A stretch of DNA of 64,000 bases from a bacterium (lineage in GTDB: Bacteria; Hinthialibacterota; Hinthialibacteria; Hinthialibacterales; Hinthialibacteraceae), in NCBI GenBank assembly GCA_963662285.2, contig CAXXMV010000008.1, positions 64,001 to 128,000 of the forward strand, given 5' to 3'. Both the position numbers and the translations under genes were made by a program. The notes below the pieces were generated by a model. The model searched no databases and had not been told where the DNA came from. It was given only the letters and a program-made list of their open reading frames with translations. This document shows positions 48,116 through 58,358 of this stretch, in pieces. Position 1 is the stretch's first letter, and each line of letters opens with the position of its first letter.

Positions 48116-49318
48116 ATGCGATACTACAAACTACTTATATGCATAATCGGGCTATCAATACTCTCAGGCTGCGCCGGCATTCAACGTCCTGCTACTGTTG
48201 ATCGGGTTGAACCAGCGGAACTTTGCGTTCCCATTGATATTCCAATATCTTCTAACGCGGTTATCAGTTCCAAGCCTATGATGCTTCATTCTATGAAAGA
48301 TGGCTTGAAAATCCCCATGCAGCTGAGCGGAACTTATAGCGCTGATGAATCATACGCTTCAGCGCTGGTTCCCAAGAGCCGTTTGGATAACGATAAATTC
48401 AAAATTGAGACCTTGAATGAAAGGCCTCCAATAGATTGCAGGCTGCACTGGGAAGATGATGATGAAGGAACTCTATCGCTATATGAAGATGACCGCCTGG
48501 TCTTCGATTATCACTATGGCAATGTCTCTGCACCCGAAGGCGTTCCCTCGCATCGCGCCCGTTCTTCTTATTTCCACCCACTGATGGGTTTGGACGGACA
48601 GACATACACTGACGATTTCCCCGGCGACCATTTCCATCACCGCGGCCTATTCTTCGGATGGCCTGGAGTCTTTGTTGACGGCCAACGGCATGACATGTGG
48701 CACATGCTGGGCATCCGCAGCATTTTCGAACGAGTTCTTTATAAAGAAATTGGCCCGGTCTTCGCCTTGATCACCATCGAAAACGGTTGGTACATCAAAG
48801 ACCAAAAAGTGATGGATGAGATCATGGAACTGAAAGTCTGGAACTCCGGTAAAGTCGGCCAGACTATGGATATCCGCTACACCTGGACGCCGCTTACTGA
48901 AATCAAAATCGGCCCCAAAGACTACAAAGGTTATGGCGGTCTCCAATTCCGCTTCAAGGATCGTAAAGGAACCGTGATCACCAATATCGACGGTAAACAG
49001 GAAACCAGCAACCAGGTGCAGTCGCCTTGGGCCGACCTGTCAGGCCGCTTTGAAGACCAACCATACATGTCCGGCGCGGCTATCATGAACAAACCTGATA
49101 ACCTGTCAGCCAACCCCGGATGGATTCTACGCTCCGCTGATGATTTCGGCGTAATCGGAGTCGCCTGGCCGGGCAATGACACGTTCACCTTTGATGCAGG
49201 TAAAAGATATTCCAACCACTACCGCCTATGGCTGCACCGCGGCGATGTCCAAAGCGGTTGCGTCAAAGATATCTTCGATTCCTACGTAAACTCGAAAACC
49301 GTAACCATCGAAAAATAA
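48116..49318 (+). CDS. lipoprotein of the PmoA-like (DUF6807) beta-sandwich family
   Basis: Lipobox LSGC, YFHP, T.DFP.DH.HHRGLF and YGGLQFR. No multi-TM core. Confidence 0.75.
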   Translation: MRYYKLLICIIGLSILSGCAGIQRPATVDRVEPAELCVPIDIPISSNAVISSKPMMLHSMKDGLKIPMQLSGTYSADESYASALVPKSRLDNDKFKIETLNERPPIDCRLHWEDDDEGTLSLYEDDRLVFDYHYGNVSAPEGVPSHRARSSYFHPLMGLDGQTYTDDFPGDHFHHRGLFFGWPGVFVDGQRHDMWHMLGIRSIFERVLYKEIGPVFALITIENGWYIKDQKVMDEIMELKVWNSGKVGQTMDIRYTWTPLTEIKIGPKDYKGYGGLQFRFKDRKGTVITNIDGKQETSNQVQSPWADLSGRFEDQPYMSGAAIMNKPDNLSANPGWILRSADDFGVIGVAWPGNDTFTFDAGKRYSNHYRLWLHRGDVQSGCVKDIFDSYVNSKTVTIEK

Positions 49319-49339
49319 ATCTCCACTGCATAAACAACC

Positions 49340-49374
49340 AAAAGGGGGCTGAAATCAATTCAGCCCCTTTTTTT
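49340..49374 (+). terminator. intrinsic terminator
   Basis: ggggctgaa-atcaa-ttcagcccc followed by a T run, 21 nt after the stop. Confidence 0.85.
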
Positions 49375-49504
49375 GTGTTATTTCAAAATATGATAACATC
49401 GATTGGCAATCTAACATCATTTCAATTCATTCCATCTACCTTTTCGATTCATCATATTTTCCTATCACTTAAATGTCTTTGGGAACCACAAACGCTGAAC
49501 AACC

Positions 49505-49544
49505 GGGTGGCAAGGGCAAGACCGCAATGCGGTCAGCCCTTGAT
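49505..49544. repeat. REP-like family C palindrome
   Basis: Copy of 45076-45116. Confidence 0.85.
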
Positions 49545-49572
49545 TCAATACCCTGATAATACACCTTCCCCC

Positions 49573-51000
49573 TTATACTTCCTTGGGAACCACAAATGGC
49601 GCCCGGTAATCGCGGGTCAACAATTTGTTGGCCGCGTCGTTGCCGATAAACTGTTCTTTATCTTTATCAAATTTCAGCAACGGACCCATCTGGTAATCGG
49701 TCTCATCTAAATTGACATTATTGGCTTTGAGGTGATCTTTCATGCGACCGAAGGCTTCGTTGGCGTCAGCGTCTGCGAAAGGCTTGTCGCCCGACTTGAA
49801 TGACGCCGGTTGACCGACACGGTATGAAATATTAGCCAAATGGCATAAAGCGGCGGAATAATGTCCATCGAGAATTTCTGCGTTTAGGTCAGTCTTCTTA
49901 TGGCTGCGCACGGCTGCGATAAAGTTGCTGAAATGGTCGCCGCCCGGCCCAAGTTTCACATCAACCTTTGGCAGATTCTCCGGATCGCCGCCGCCCTTGG
50001 GATAAAACTTGTTGCCCACCACATAACCGCCTTCAAAGTGCATGATATCTCCGGTTCCTGAACCTAGATAAGGCTTGGTCTCCAGACCGCGCACTTCAAA
50101 GATCAACTTGGTCTCGCCGAAGTCCATCAGCGCAACCTGGGTATTTGGAGTCTGACCCTGATCTTTATAACCTAAACGGCCGCCCAGACAGACGACGCTC
50201 TTGGGCAGCGTGGCGCCGGGGATCATCCAACGGGCGATATCCATCTGATGAACGCCCTGGTTGCCTATATCGCCATTGCCGAAATCCCAGAACCAATGCC
50301 AGTTATAATGCACCAGATTGGCGCTGTATTCTTGTTCCGGAGCTGGTCCCAGCCACAGGTCATAGTCCAAAGCTTTGGGAGGCTTGGCGAAAGGTTTGAA
50401 ACCGATGCTTACGCGGCGCTTATAAACCAGTCCGCGGGAAACCAGCAGTTTGCCATAGGTTCCCTTTTTGATAACTGCGGCCAGTTTATGCCAGCTGCTA
50501 TCGCTGCGGCTCTGCGTCCCGTGTTGAACGATGCGATCATATTTCCGGGCGGCCTTAACCAGTTGACGCCCTTCAAATACATTATGGCTGCAAGGCTTCT
50601 CGACATAGACATCCTTGCCCGCCTGACAAGCCCAGATGGCTGAAAGCGAATGCCAGTGATTAGTGGTCGCGATGCTCAATACATCCAGGTCTTTATCATC
50701 CAATGCTTTGCGGATGTCCTGAAAAGTTCTTGGTTCCTTACCGCCCTTATCAACTACCTCCTTGATTCGTTCCTTAAATGTACCGGAATCGGGATCAACC
50801 AGAGTGACCACTTCAACATTCTTCATTTCCTGGAAAGCGCGAATATGTGATCCGCCCCGTCCATGAATCCCTGTAACCGCAACGCGTATCGTATCATTGG
50901 CGCCGATAACCTTACCGGACGCCCGCGTCCCGCTGATCACGAATGCTGCGCCTGTTCCCAATGTTTGTTTGATAAAATGTCTTCGGTTTACCTGAGGCAT
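49573..51000 (-). CDS. Tat-exported Gfo/Idh/MocA oxidoreductase
   Basis: NRRHFI, GIHGRG, NHWH, VEKP, YDLWLGPAP and GDIGNQGVH motifs. Confidence 0.92.
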   Translation of the reverse strand: MPQVNRRHFIKQTLGTGAAFVISGTRASGKVIGANDTIRVAVTGIHGRGGSHIRAFQEMKNVEVVTLVDPDSGTFKERIKEVVDKGGKEPRTFQDIRKALDDKDLDVLSIATTNHWHSLSAIWACQAGKDVYVEKPCSHNVFEGRQLVKAARKYDRIVQHGTQSRSDSSWHKLAAVIKKGTYGKLLVSRGLVYKRRVSIGFKPFAKPPKALDYDLWLGPAPEQEYSANLVHYNWHWFWDFGNGDIGNQGVHQMDIARWMIPGATLPKSVVCLGGRLGYKDQGQTPNTQVALMDFGETKLIFEVRGLETKPYLGSGTGDIMHFEGGYVVGNKFYPKGGGDPENLPKVDVKLGPGGDHFSNFIAAVRSHKKTDLNAEILDGHYSAALCHLANISYRVGQPASFKSGDKPFADADANEAFGRMKDHLKANNVNLDETDYQMGPLLKFDKDKEQFIGNDAANKLLTRDYRAPFVVPKEV

Positions 51001-51193
51001 AATATACTCCTTTCAACCTTAGTTCTTCTATAAATCATACTAATCCTTCATTTCTATCAATCTCTACTTTAACATATAAAGTAGAACTGAAGTAACGGGA
51101 GTGCAAGAAATAAAAAAAGGTTTAGAGAACAAAAATCAACCATTGCGCAGGATTGCGGTAAAGCGTAACTGCATTACTTGAGGAGGCTCCCGC

Positions 51194-51415
51194 ATGAAAG
51201 TGAGCGATAGGTATCACAAATGGGTCGAATGGAGTGAGCAGGACAATGCGTACATTGGAAAATGTCCCGATTTAATCACCAGAATTCACGGAGACGATCC
51301 TCTAAAAGTTTACCGGGATTTATGCGAAGTTATTGATGATGTCATCACCCATTTCCAAACAGTAGAAAAACCCTTACCCGGATCCCGAATACGCCCTATG
51401 CGGGATCCGGGCTAA
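51194..51415 (+). CDS. stand-alone HicB-like protein
   Basis: SD GAGGAGG. Y...VEWSEQDNAYIGKCPDL...HGDD...KPLP. No HicA adjacent. Confidence 0.75.
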   Translation: MKVSDRYHKWVEWSEQDNAYIGKCPDLITRIHGDDPLKVYRDLCEVIDDVITHFQTVEKPLPGSRIRPMRDPG

Positions 51416-51530
51416 ATTGCGGGGACGTAGACAAAACGATGGGTCACGCTGTCATTTGTCTCATCCTACTTCACTGCTTTCTTCTAGAAACCAATTAAAA
51501 AATGCAATCTATGTGATAACTCTAATATAG

Positions 51531-54095
51531 TTATTTTTCTAGTAATTTATAAACAAATTCTCTTTCATAATTAGGTGATTTAGCTAAGTGATTATCAAGA
51601 TATTGTTGTGCAATATCTTTCTTATCTATTAAATGGTAATATAAAAAATACCATAAATTTATAAAAGGATTTTTGGGATTTTGTTTATGTACATTATCAA
51701 TTGAGTTCTTATAAATATTGAGAATATTATTATTTTCCTTATTTATTAAAAAATTTTGGTTGTTCAACATATAATATGATAAACCTTTGAAAATATATTC
51801 GGAACCATCATAATAGTCTAATTCACTTTGTTTATGCAAGCCGTGATATATAAATAAAATAGATTTATACTGATCATTAATATCATAGTTATTATTTTCT
51901 ATAATAGAATTAAGTAGATATTTTGATTGTTTATGATCGCCTAGATGATAATACGCGACAGATCTTTCAATATTTATTTCATCTATTAATATATCATTAT
52001 CTATTGATGTTGTTCTGTTAATAATATTCTCATACATCATATCACAGCGATATAACCTTAATAATAGCAAGAACGAGTGCTTAAGTGTTTCAATCTCTTG
52101 GTTTTTTTCTAATATTTCAAGAGCAACTTTTTTTTGCTTCAATTTTATTAAACATTCTGAGTAATTTAATATTAAAATATCTTTACTAATGATTTTACTG
52201 TAATTATCATATGCAATTGCAAAAAATTCTTTTGCTTCTTCATATTTTTCTGTTAAAAAATATGAATTACCAAGTAATACAATATTTTCATAATAAAATG
52301 TATTTTTATTTGGGTATTTTTCATATATTAATTTATAATATTTTATTAATTTTTCTAATGTGTGTTTATAACTATAGAATATATTATTTTTATAATAACC
52401 CTCCATATTTTTATATTTCCAAACAGTCTCTGACAGTAGATATGAAAAATGTATACATTTTTCTTTGTCTTCCATAGGCTTAAAAGAATCAATAAATTTA
52501 AGTCTTAAATCTATAATCTTTTTATTAATGAAATCATTTAATATTGAAATAGGATTTTTTTGTTTTCTAACAAAACTATTATATTGTTCTTGAGGAAAAT
52601 CATTTGATAGAAAAGAAAGAATTAATAGAACGACTAATAAATTAGATATTATTTTTGTAATGTAAGAAGTTATACTGAAAGGACGAATACTTTTAATTTT
52701 GTCTTGACCGGCATAGTGTATTATGATTTTGTTACGATAATACGCTTTCCATATGTTCATGTTAGTACATTTTGTTGGAAATATTAAATTAATATATTTA
52801 ATAAAATCATCATAATTATTTATGTTATTATATTCTTCATCGATCTCAAATTTTTTGTTGTAAAAAGATAATTGAATATTCCCATTTTGATGAAATTCAG
52901 AACAGACTAAATATATAAAAGCATACTTAAATAAATCTTCTTGATTCTTATTGAACCTATTAATCATTATTTTACCAACTTTATATTTACCAGTTAATAC
53001 ACAGATTGAGGTAATTTTGGAAATGGAATCTATTGAAAAACCATCAATCTTTAGTATTTCGTCACATGCATTTTCTATGTACATATTATTGATTTTATAA
53101 CTTTGTTTATATTTTTCATGATTGCGATATAAACTATAGATAGCAATTACGATAGGCGTTATTTCCAAAAAATAGTTTATTACTTGACTGCTAAAACTAA
53201 ATAGATTGAAATTATTACTTAAAAATAGGAATATAAAAACGATAAAACCTATAAGAATAATAGAGGATGAATTCCTTTGAGTAGGATTTTTAGCAATGTA
53301 TGTAACACAAATAATTAATGATACAACAGAAATCCAAACCATTTCTAAGGTTCCTCTATAATATATGTAAGTGATCTCTAAAGCTAATACTGAACATAAA
53401 ATTAGAAGGATATTTTGGGAAAATAAACTATGTGGATCAGATAAATTTAAATAAGATGAATTATAAAGATATCTTATTATAATTACAAAAATGAAGAATT
53501 GAAGAACAATAATTGGCAATAAATTAATGTCAGACTCATTAAGTAATATATTATAATCTCTATAATTATTAATTAACAATACAACACTGCATAAGATAAT
53601 CAAGCGATTACTTGATATAACGAATGCTAATGAACGGGCAATATAATTGTTATATTTGAATACACTATCACATAAAGTGAATAAAAAAAATAAAATCAAT
53701 GTTGTTAATGTCATAAATTGTGGGATAAAAGGAGTTCCATCTTGCATTATCGATGATACCACAATCATAATACCCAAAAAAACTGTACCACTAAATATAA
53801 AAGAAAATTCATATAACACGAGTTTATTATTAAGAATTAAAGAATTATATAAAAATAACATACCAGAAATAAAACTTATTAACCAGATTGCAAAGATTGA
53901 ACACGAGAGAAAAATATAAAAATATTTATCTGATAGAAAAGTAAGAGGTATAAGAAGAAGTAAAAAAGAGAAAAGTGATAAGAATAGCATTGATAATACG
54001 TAGGATCTATACTCACGTATTATAATATCTGAATCGATAACTTTCAACAAAGGATTTAATAAATGACGTTTTTTACCCATAATACCCATCCTCAT
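51531..54095 (-). CDS. very AT-rich multi-TM protein with C-terminal TPRs
   Basis: 854-aa open frame with about 10 N-terminal hydrophobic helices and TPR-like LGNSYF..EKYEEAKEFF and AYYHLGD. Confidence 0.75.
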   Translation of the reverse strand: MRMGIMGKKRHLLNPLLKVIDSDIIIREYRSYVLSMLFLSLFSFLLLLIPLTFLSDKYFYIFLSCSIFAIWLISFISGMLFLYNSLILNNKLVLYEFSFIFSGTVFLGIMIVVSSIMQDGTPFIPQFMTLTTLILFFLFTLCDSVFKYNNYIARSLAFVISSNRLIILCSVVLLINNYRDYNILLNESDINLLPIIVLQFFIFVIIIRYLYNSSYLNLSDPHSLFSQNILLILCSVLALEITYIYYRGTLEMVWISVVSLIICVTYIAKNPTQRNSSSIILIGFIVFIFLFLSNNFNLFSFSSQVINYFLEITPIVIAIYSLYRNHEKYKQSYKINNMYIENACDEILKIDGFSIDSISKITSICVLTGKYKVGKIMINRFNKNQEDLFKYAFIYLVCSEFHQNGNIQLSFYNKKFEIDEEYNNINNYDDFIKYINLIFPTKCTNMNIWKAYYRNKIIIHYAGQDKIKSIRPFSITSYITKIISNLLVVLLILSFLSNDFPQEQYNSFVRKQKNPISILNDFINKKIIDLRLKFIDSFKPMEDKEKCIHFSYLLSETVWKYKNMEGYYKNNIFYSYKHTLEKLIKYYKLIYEKYPNKNTFYYENIVLLGNSYFLTEKYEEAKEFFAIAYDNYSKIISKDILILNYSECLIKLKQKKVALEILEKNQEIETLKHSFLLLLRLYRCDMMYENIINRTTSIDNDILIDEINIERSVAYYHLGDHKQSKYLLNSIIENNNYDINDQYKSILFIYHGLHKQSELDYYDGSEYIFKGLSYYMLNNQNFLINKENNNILNIYKNSIDNVHKQNPKNPFINLWYFLYYHLIDKKDIAQQYLDNHLAKSPNYEREFVYKLLEK

Positions 54096-54154
54096 AAAAA
54101 ATTATTGAAAATGAATAAAAATAATAAATAAATGCTAATTATCCAATATTACCA

Positions 54155-54184
54155 TAGGATCGAAAAAGCGTAATCCAACCTACA
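54155..54184. repeat. degenerate family A REP
   Basis: taggatcgaaaaagcgtaatccaacctac matches 10897-10925 at 21/29 positions, with one compensatory stem change. Confidence 0.55.
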
Positions 54185-54192
54185 TGAATTGC

Positions 54193-56250
54193 CTATTCCC
54201 CTCCCCAAACATTAACTCCCATATCTTCAAACAAAGCGGCGGCGTTTAGGAAGTGGGCGGTTATCCAGAATACCGTCCAGGTTTCGTTGTAGCCTCCACG
54301 CAGGGCATAGATGTCATCTACGTTGCCGCGTTGGGCGTAGTTGGTGTGTTGCGGTTGCTCTCCCTGGCTGCCGTAGGGGTCGATCAGCTGGCCGCAGCTG
54401 CGGTACATTACCAGCGCTATTTTTTTGAGGTCTTCGCGTTTGGTATGGATTCCCACGCGATAAATATCGGGAGCGATCAACACTCCGAATACGTCTATAT
54501 GCTGGTTCTGGGGCGAGACCACCGTCCAGCCGCGGGTTTTGAAATTATGGTCGCGCAGGCGTCCCGGCGGCATATCGATATCCCAGGTTACAGTATAGGT
54601 CAGGGCGACGTCACAGGCATGTTGCGCCCACTTCAGGTATTCAGGATTATCAGTGGTCTCGTATAGTTCAATGAATCCCTGCAAAGCGGCGAAGGCGCCT
54701 TCTTTATCTTCACAACTGGCGTCCAGGGTTCCACCCCAGTATGGCTCCTGCATGGATACATGACGCTCAGCGTAATGCCGTCCTGCTTTTTCTGCTGCTG
54801 CCAGGAATTTTGCATCATCGAAAATTCGGTAAGCATAACACAAAGGCGCGATAAAGAATCCCTCGTCGGTTGATTTGGGACGCCAGTCATCTTTCAGGAT
54901 GCGCTCAGCGTGGAAATCGGCGGCTTTTTTAAGAAAGGTTATCCATTTAGAACAATCCCGCCCCCGTTGCTTGCCGATGGTGATAGCGCGAGCGAAACTC
55001 AACATGCCCTGCCCCTGCGAAAGCGGTTCGTGACGGCTCCATTCTTGGGTATCAGCATTATACCAGGTATGGAAGCCGCCCTCATAAAACTGCGCCGTCG
55101 ATAACTGATCCAACGAACCTTGAACCATCCGGGGGATGCGTTCGTCTTTTAATTCAGGTTCAAGCGCTTGCAGGGCGTAGCCCAAGGCCGCCGCCTGCCC
55201 GCACCAGCCGATGACGAAAAAGTTTTTGTCGGGATATTTTCTGAATCCACCTATGCCGTCCTTATCATACCATCGGGTAAGAGCGAACTTATACTTACTT
55301 TCTATGATCTCCCTGAAGCTTAGAAAATCGTCAGTCGAGTAGGGATTCATTATTTTCAACGATGTAGCCAGGGGACGTTGAAAAGCAGCGCCTTCCTGCT
55401 CGACCGGAAAAACCTCAAGATAAAAAGTCTTTTCGATCACGCCGCCGGGAGGGACATTAAGATAGACATTATTATAAGGAACAAAACCGGGCTGTAGGGC
55501 TTTTATAACGCTGCGCTTGCCATTGGAAGCGCATGGCCCGGATAGCAGAGTTAACTCAGCGCCTTCATCACGGGCCACGACGCCCATCGACCACCATTGA
55601 TCAGGCAACTCACCATAAGGCGCGGGAGATGGCATGGAATGCAGCGCGGCGCCCAGTATTTTGTTATTGTCCCGCCACTCCATTGAGGTGAAGGGCATGG
55701 GGAAGCGATGTTCTTCAAAGATGGATTCTTCGCCAACCGCTCCTGTATAGACCGGAACCCTGCCGCTTTTAGCGCCGGATGGATTGCCGTAATACAAAAT
55801 GCCGGGCATCAGAACGCCGTCGCCTTTACCGGGAGACTGGAAGCGAACCGACAGGGTGCATTTTTCCGCTGTTTTTTCGCCATGCCACTCAAAACGCCGG
55901 ATGCATTGCACTGCGTTATAACGCAAGCGGTAAGAGTCGGATAAACGCCAAACGCCCTGCGGGGTTTCTATCTCGCCCTTCAATATAGTCCACTCGCCAG
56001 AAGTCACTTGTGATGATGGATGAGCATGGCGCCATTGATCAGGCCAATCCTCCTTCCACCCCATAGCAACCGACCATAATCCCTGGTCTGGAGAATGCAG
56101 CAATATTTCATTTTCAGACCGTAATGCAATTCGATAGTTATCATTGACCTTATCAACGGAAAACTGAGTCTGGTTTATATCAGCGGATACGGTAAAGGCG
56201 CCAACGAACGCCCAAAAGAATACTATTACTACGTAGTGATATCGATTCAT
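54193..56250 (-). CDS. secreted protein, probable (alpha/alpha)-barrel glycoside hydrolase-like
   Basis: Signal peptide, beta-rich N-half and helical repeats (LYETT..PEYLKWA). Also GWCG and DASCEDKEG. Confidence 0.6.
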   Translation of the reverse strand: MNRYHYVVIVFFWAFVGAFTVSADINQTQFSVDKVNDNYRIALRSENEILLHSPDQGLWSVAMGWKEDWPDQWRHAHPSSQVTSGEWTILKGEIETPQGVWRLSDSYRLRYNAVQCIRRFEWHGEKTAEKCTLSVRFQSPGKGDGVLMPGILYYGNPSGAKSGRVPVYTGAVGEESIFEEHRFPMPFTSMEWRDNNKILGAALHSMPSPAPYGELPDQWWSMGVVARDEGAELTLLSGPCASNGKRSVIKALQPGFVPYNNVYLNVPPGGVIEKTFYLEVFPVEQEGAAFQRPLATSLKIMNPYSTDDFLSFREIIESKYKFALTRWYDKDGIGGFRKYPDKNFFVIGWCGQAAALGYALQALEPELKDERIPRMVQGSLDQLSTAQFYEGGFHTWYNADTQEWSRHEPLSQGQGMLSFARAITIGKQRGRDCSKWITFLKKAADFHAERILKDDWRPKSTDEGFFIAPLCYAYRIFDDAKFLAAAEKAGRHYAERHVSMQEPYWGGTLDASCEDKEGAFAALQGFIELYETTDNPEYLKWAQHACDVALTYTVTWDIDMPPGRLRDHNFKTRGWTVVSPQNQHIDVFGVLIAPDIYRVGIHTKREDLKKIALVMYRSCGQLIDPYGSQGEQPQHTNYAQRGNVDDIYALRGGYNETWTVFWITAHFLNAAALFEDMGVNVWGGE

Positions 56251-56261
56251 AGATTTACCCT

Positions 56262-56783
56262 TTATTTTTTAGATTTGCTTTGAAGCAGGATTTTATTGTC
56301 AATTTGTATCGCAACATCGCATGATTCAATCAGACCAACTGTCTTTTGAGATATATAAGCGTATTCAACATGCTTACCTAAGTCTTTGACCATATCTACC
56401 GCCGGGGCCAGGTCTGCGTCGTTACTCAACAGGATAGCTGTATCATAAACATCTTTATAAGCCAGAGAAACCATATCGATAGCCAGCATGACGTCAACGC
56501 CCTTTTCGACCTGGATGTTACCGCGAACCTCCAAACTACCAAATCTCAACTCAAGATATTGAGTATTCTTAAGATAAGACAAAAACTTCTGTTGGTCGTG
56601 ATAACTCTTCTGGTTCGGATCAACTGGAGGACAAACATAATAATAGGTGCGAATCAGTTTGCGCTCTTTCTCCGTCAATGCTTTGGATAGATTATAATAA
56701 TTGATTTTTATATTGGTTTCAGACTCTTTGAGTTGGTAATAGAGATTACTGCCATCTATAAAGATGCATACTCGATCCATCAT
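56262..56783 (-). CDS. NYN domain (LabA/DUF88) PIN-like protein
   Basis: FIDGSNLY, EKGVDV.LA.DM and S.DADL.P motifs. Confidence 0.9.
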   Translation of the reverse strand: MMDRVCIFIDGSNLYYQLKESETNIKINYYNLSKALTEKERKLIRTYYYVCPPVDPNQKSYHDQQKFLSYLKNTQYLELRFGSLEVRGNIQVEKGVDVMLAIDMVSLAYKDVYDTAILLSNDADLAPAVDMVKDLGKHVEYAYISQKTVGLIESCDVAIQIDNKILLQSKSKK

Positions 56784-57025
56784 GAGTTCTTCCTTTTAGA
56801 CATTAATTGCTTTATATATTAGGCAAATTTATGCAACTACCTAAACTATTCTGAGAATCGCATTTAGAAAATCAAGACCAATGCCTTTGTTAGATTTGCA
56901 TGAATGTTGATTTGTAATTATGATATGCCACATAAATTTAGTTGTATTTAATAAGGTAATTCATTTTATCCATTTTCAAACATCAAAACTACAGATAGTA
57001 TAACGAATTGGAGCAGGTGAATATA

Positions 57026-57478
57026 ATGAGAGTATCCGCAAAAGGAGAATATGCCATACAGGCAATTCTTGATCTATCAAAAGTTTACGAGAGTAATAAC
57101 GTCCGGACCATTGACGATATAGCCAACGAAGAATCTATTCCTCAGAAATTTTTGGTGCAGATATTACTAGAGTTAAAGCGGGCTGGCATTGTTGAAAGCA
57201 AGCGTGGGGTCGGGGGTGGATATCGATTGGCTCGGAATCCACGCGATATTACTTTAGGAGAGATTATCCGGATAATTGACGGTCCAATACTTCCTTTCAA
57301 GTGCGACGCAGCAGCAAATGAATATTATGATAATTCATGCGTACACAAGAATAATTGTATAATGTCGCCAATTTGGAATGATCTCAGAAGCGCTATTGAA
57401 ACTATCCTTGATAATATTACGTTTGAAGAATTATTAAGTAAGCGAATGAATAAAAACGCGCCCGTTTATCATATATAA
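57026..57478 (+). CDS. Rrf2 family transcriptional regulator with three C-terminal Cys
   Basis: YA, IP.KFL.QI, SKRGVGGGY.LA, I.LGEI and C-x11-C-x5-C. Confidence 0.92.
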   Translation: MRVSAKGEYAIQAILDLSKVYESNNVRTIDDIANEESIPQKFLVQILLELKRAGIVESKRGVGGGYRLARNPRDITLGEIIRIIDGPILPFKCDAAANEYYDNSCVHKNNCIMSPIWNDLRSAIETILDNITFEELLSKRMNKNAPVYHI

Positions 57479-57670
57479 ATACCGGATATTCATAATTTTA
57501 AATATATTATTGATCTTTATCTAGATACTATAAAAAAATATTCTGACTATATTCATATAATTAGTAATGTTTTATCTAGGTAAACTTGATTTTTTTATCA
57601 GTATATATAAAAATATAATATATTTGTTTCCCAAAAAGATTTTACAAATTAAAGTAAATTGAAGCATATC

Positions 57671-58249
57671 ATGTCAAACAAAAACGAAAACATAGAAAAT
57701 TCGCAGAACAAGTCTTGCTCATACAAAGGATTTACTTTGTGGTTCACTGGCTTTTCAGGTTCTGGCAAAAGCACCATCAGTGAGGTGATTGATAGAGAAT
57801 TTAATAAGAGAGGCATCAAACACGAAATCCTGGATGGCGATGTAGTACGTACCAACCTCAGCAAAGGTCTAGGATTCTCAAAGGCGGACCGGGATACCAA
57901 TATCCGCCGTATTGGTTTTGTATGTCATCTCTTAAGCCGTAATGGCGTTGTGGCTGTATCGGCCGCCATTTCTCCCTATCGCAATATCAGAGATGAAAAC
58001 CGGGCATTAATCGGCAATTTTGTCGAGGTATTCGTCAATGCTCCATTAGAAGAATGCGAGAAACGCGATCCCAAAGGTCTCTATAAGAAAGCGCGGGCGG
58101 GCGAAATTAAAGAATTTACCGGCGTTTCCGACCCTTATGAAGAACCTCTCAATCCTGAAGTTATCTGTTATACAGATAAAGAAACCGTCGAAGAGAGCGC
58201 AGCAAAGATTCTAGTGAAATTAAAAGATATGGGCTATATTGAGTGGTAG
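57671..58249 (+). CDS. cysC: adenylyl-sulfate kinase
   Basis: [34 protein letters not shown] and FTG..DPYE motifs. Confidence 0.95.
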   Translation: MSNKNENIENSQNKSCSYKGFTLWFTGFSGSGKSTISEVIDREFNKRGIKHEILDGDVVRTNLSKGLGFSKADRDTNIRRIGFVCHLLSRNGVVAVSAAISPYRNIRDENRALIGNFVEVFVNAPLEECEKRDPKGLYKKARAGEIKEFTGVSDPYEEPLNPEVICYTDKETVEESAAKILVKLKDMGYIEW

Positions 58250-58289
58250 GAATGCTTGATTTAGTTTTTTAAGAGCGCTCCATTTTCAT

Positions 58290-58333
58290 GCGGAACCTTG
58301 GCTTATCAGGCATATTGGTTCCGCTTGTTTTTT
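58290..58333 (+). terminator. possible intrinsic terminator after cysC
   Basis: 8-bp stem gcggaacc/ggttccgc with a long loop, then ttgtttttt. Confidence 0.45.
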
Positions 58334-58358
58334 AATAAGGATTTGATTTGAGATAAAT

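Noticed and set aside
48116-49318. Methane monooxygenase PmoA
   Set aside because: The family label is misleading. This is a soluble lipoprotein with no multi-TM core, and there is no pmoB/pmoC.
44956-49710. Two ORFs (44956-45138, 49228-49710) sharing the peptide RARPQCGQPLI
   Set aside because: The identity comes from translating the family C DNA repeat, not from a protein family.
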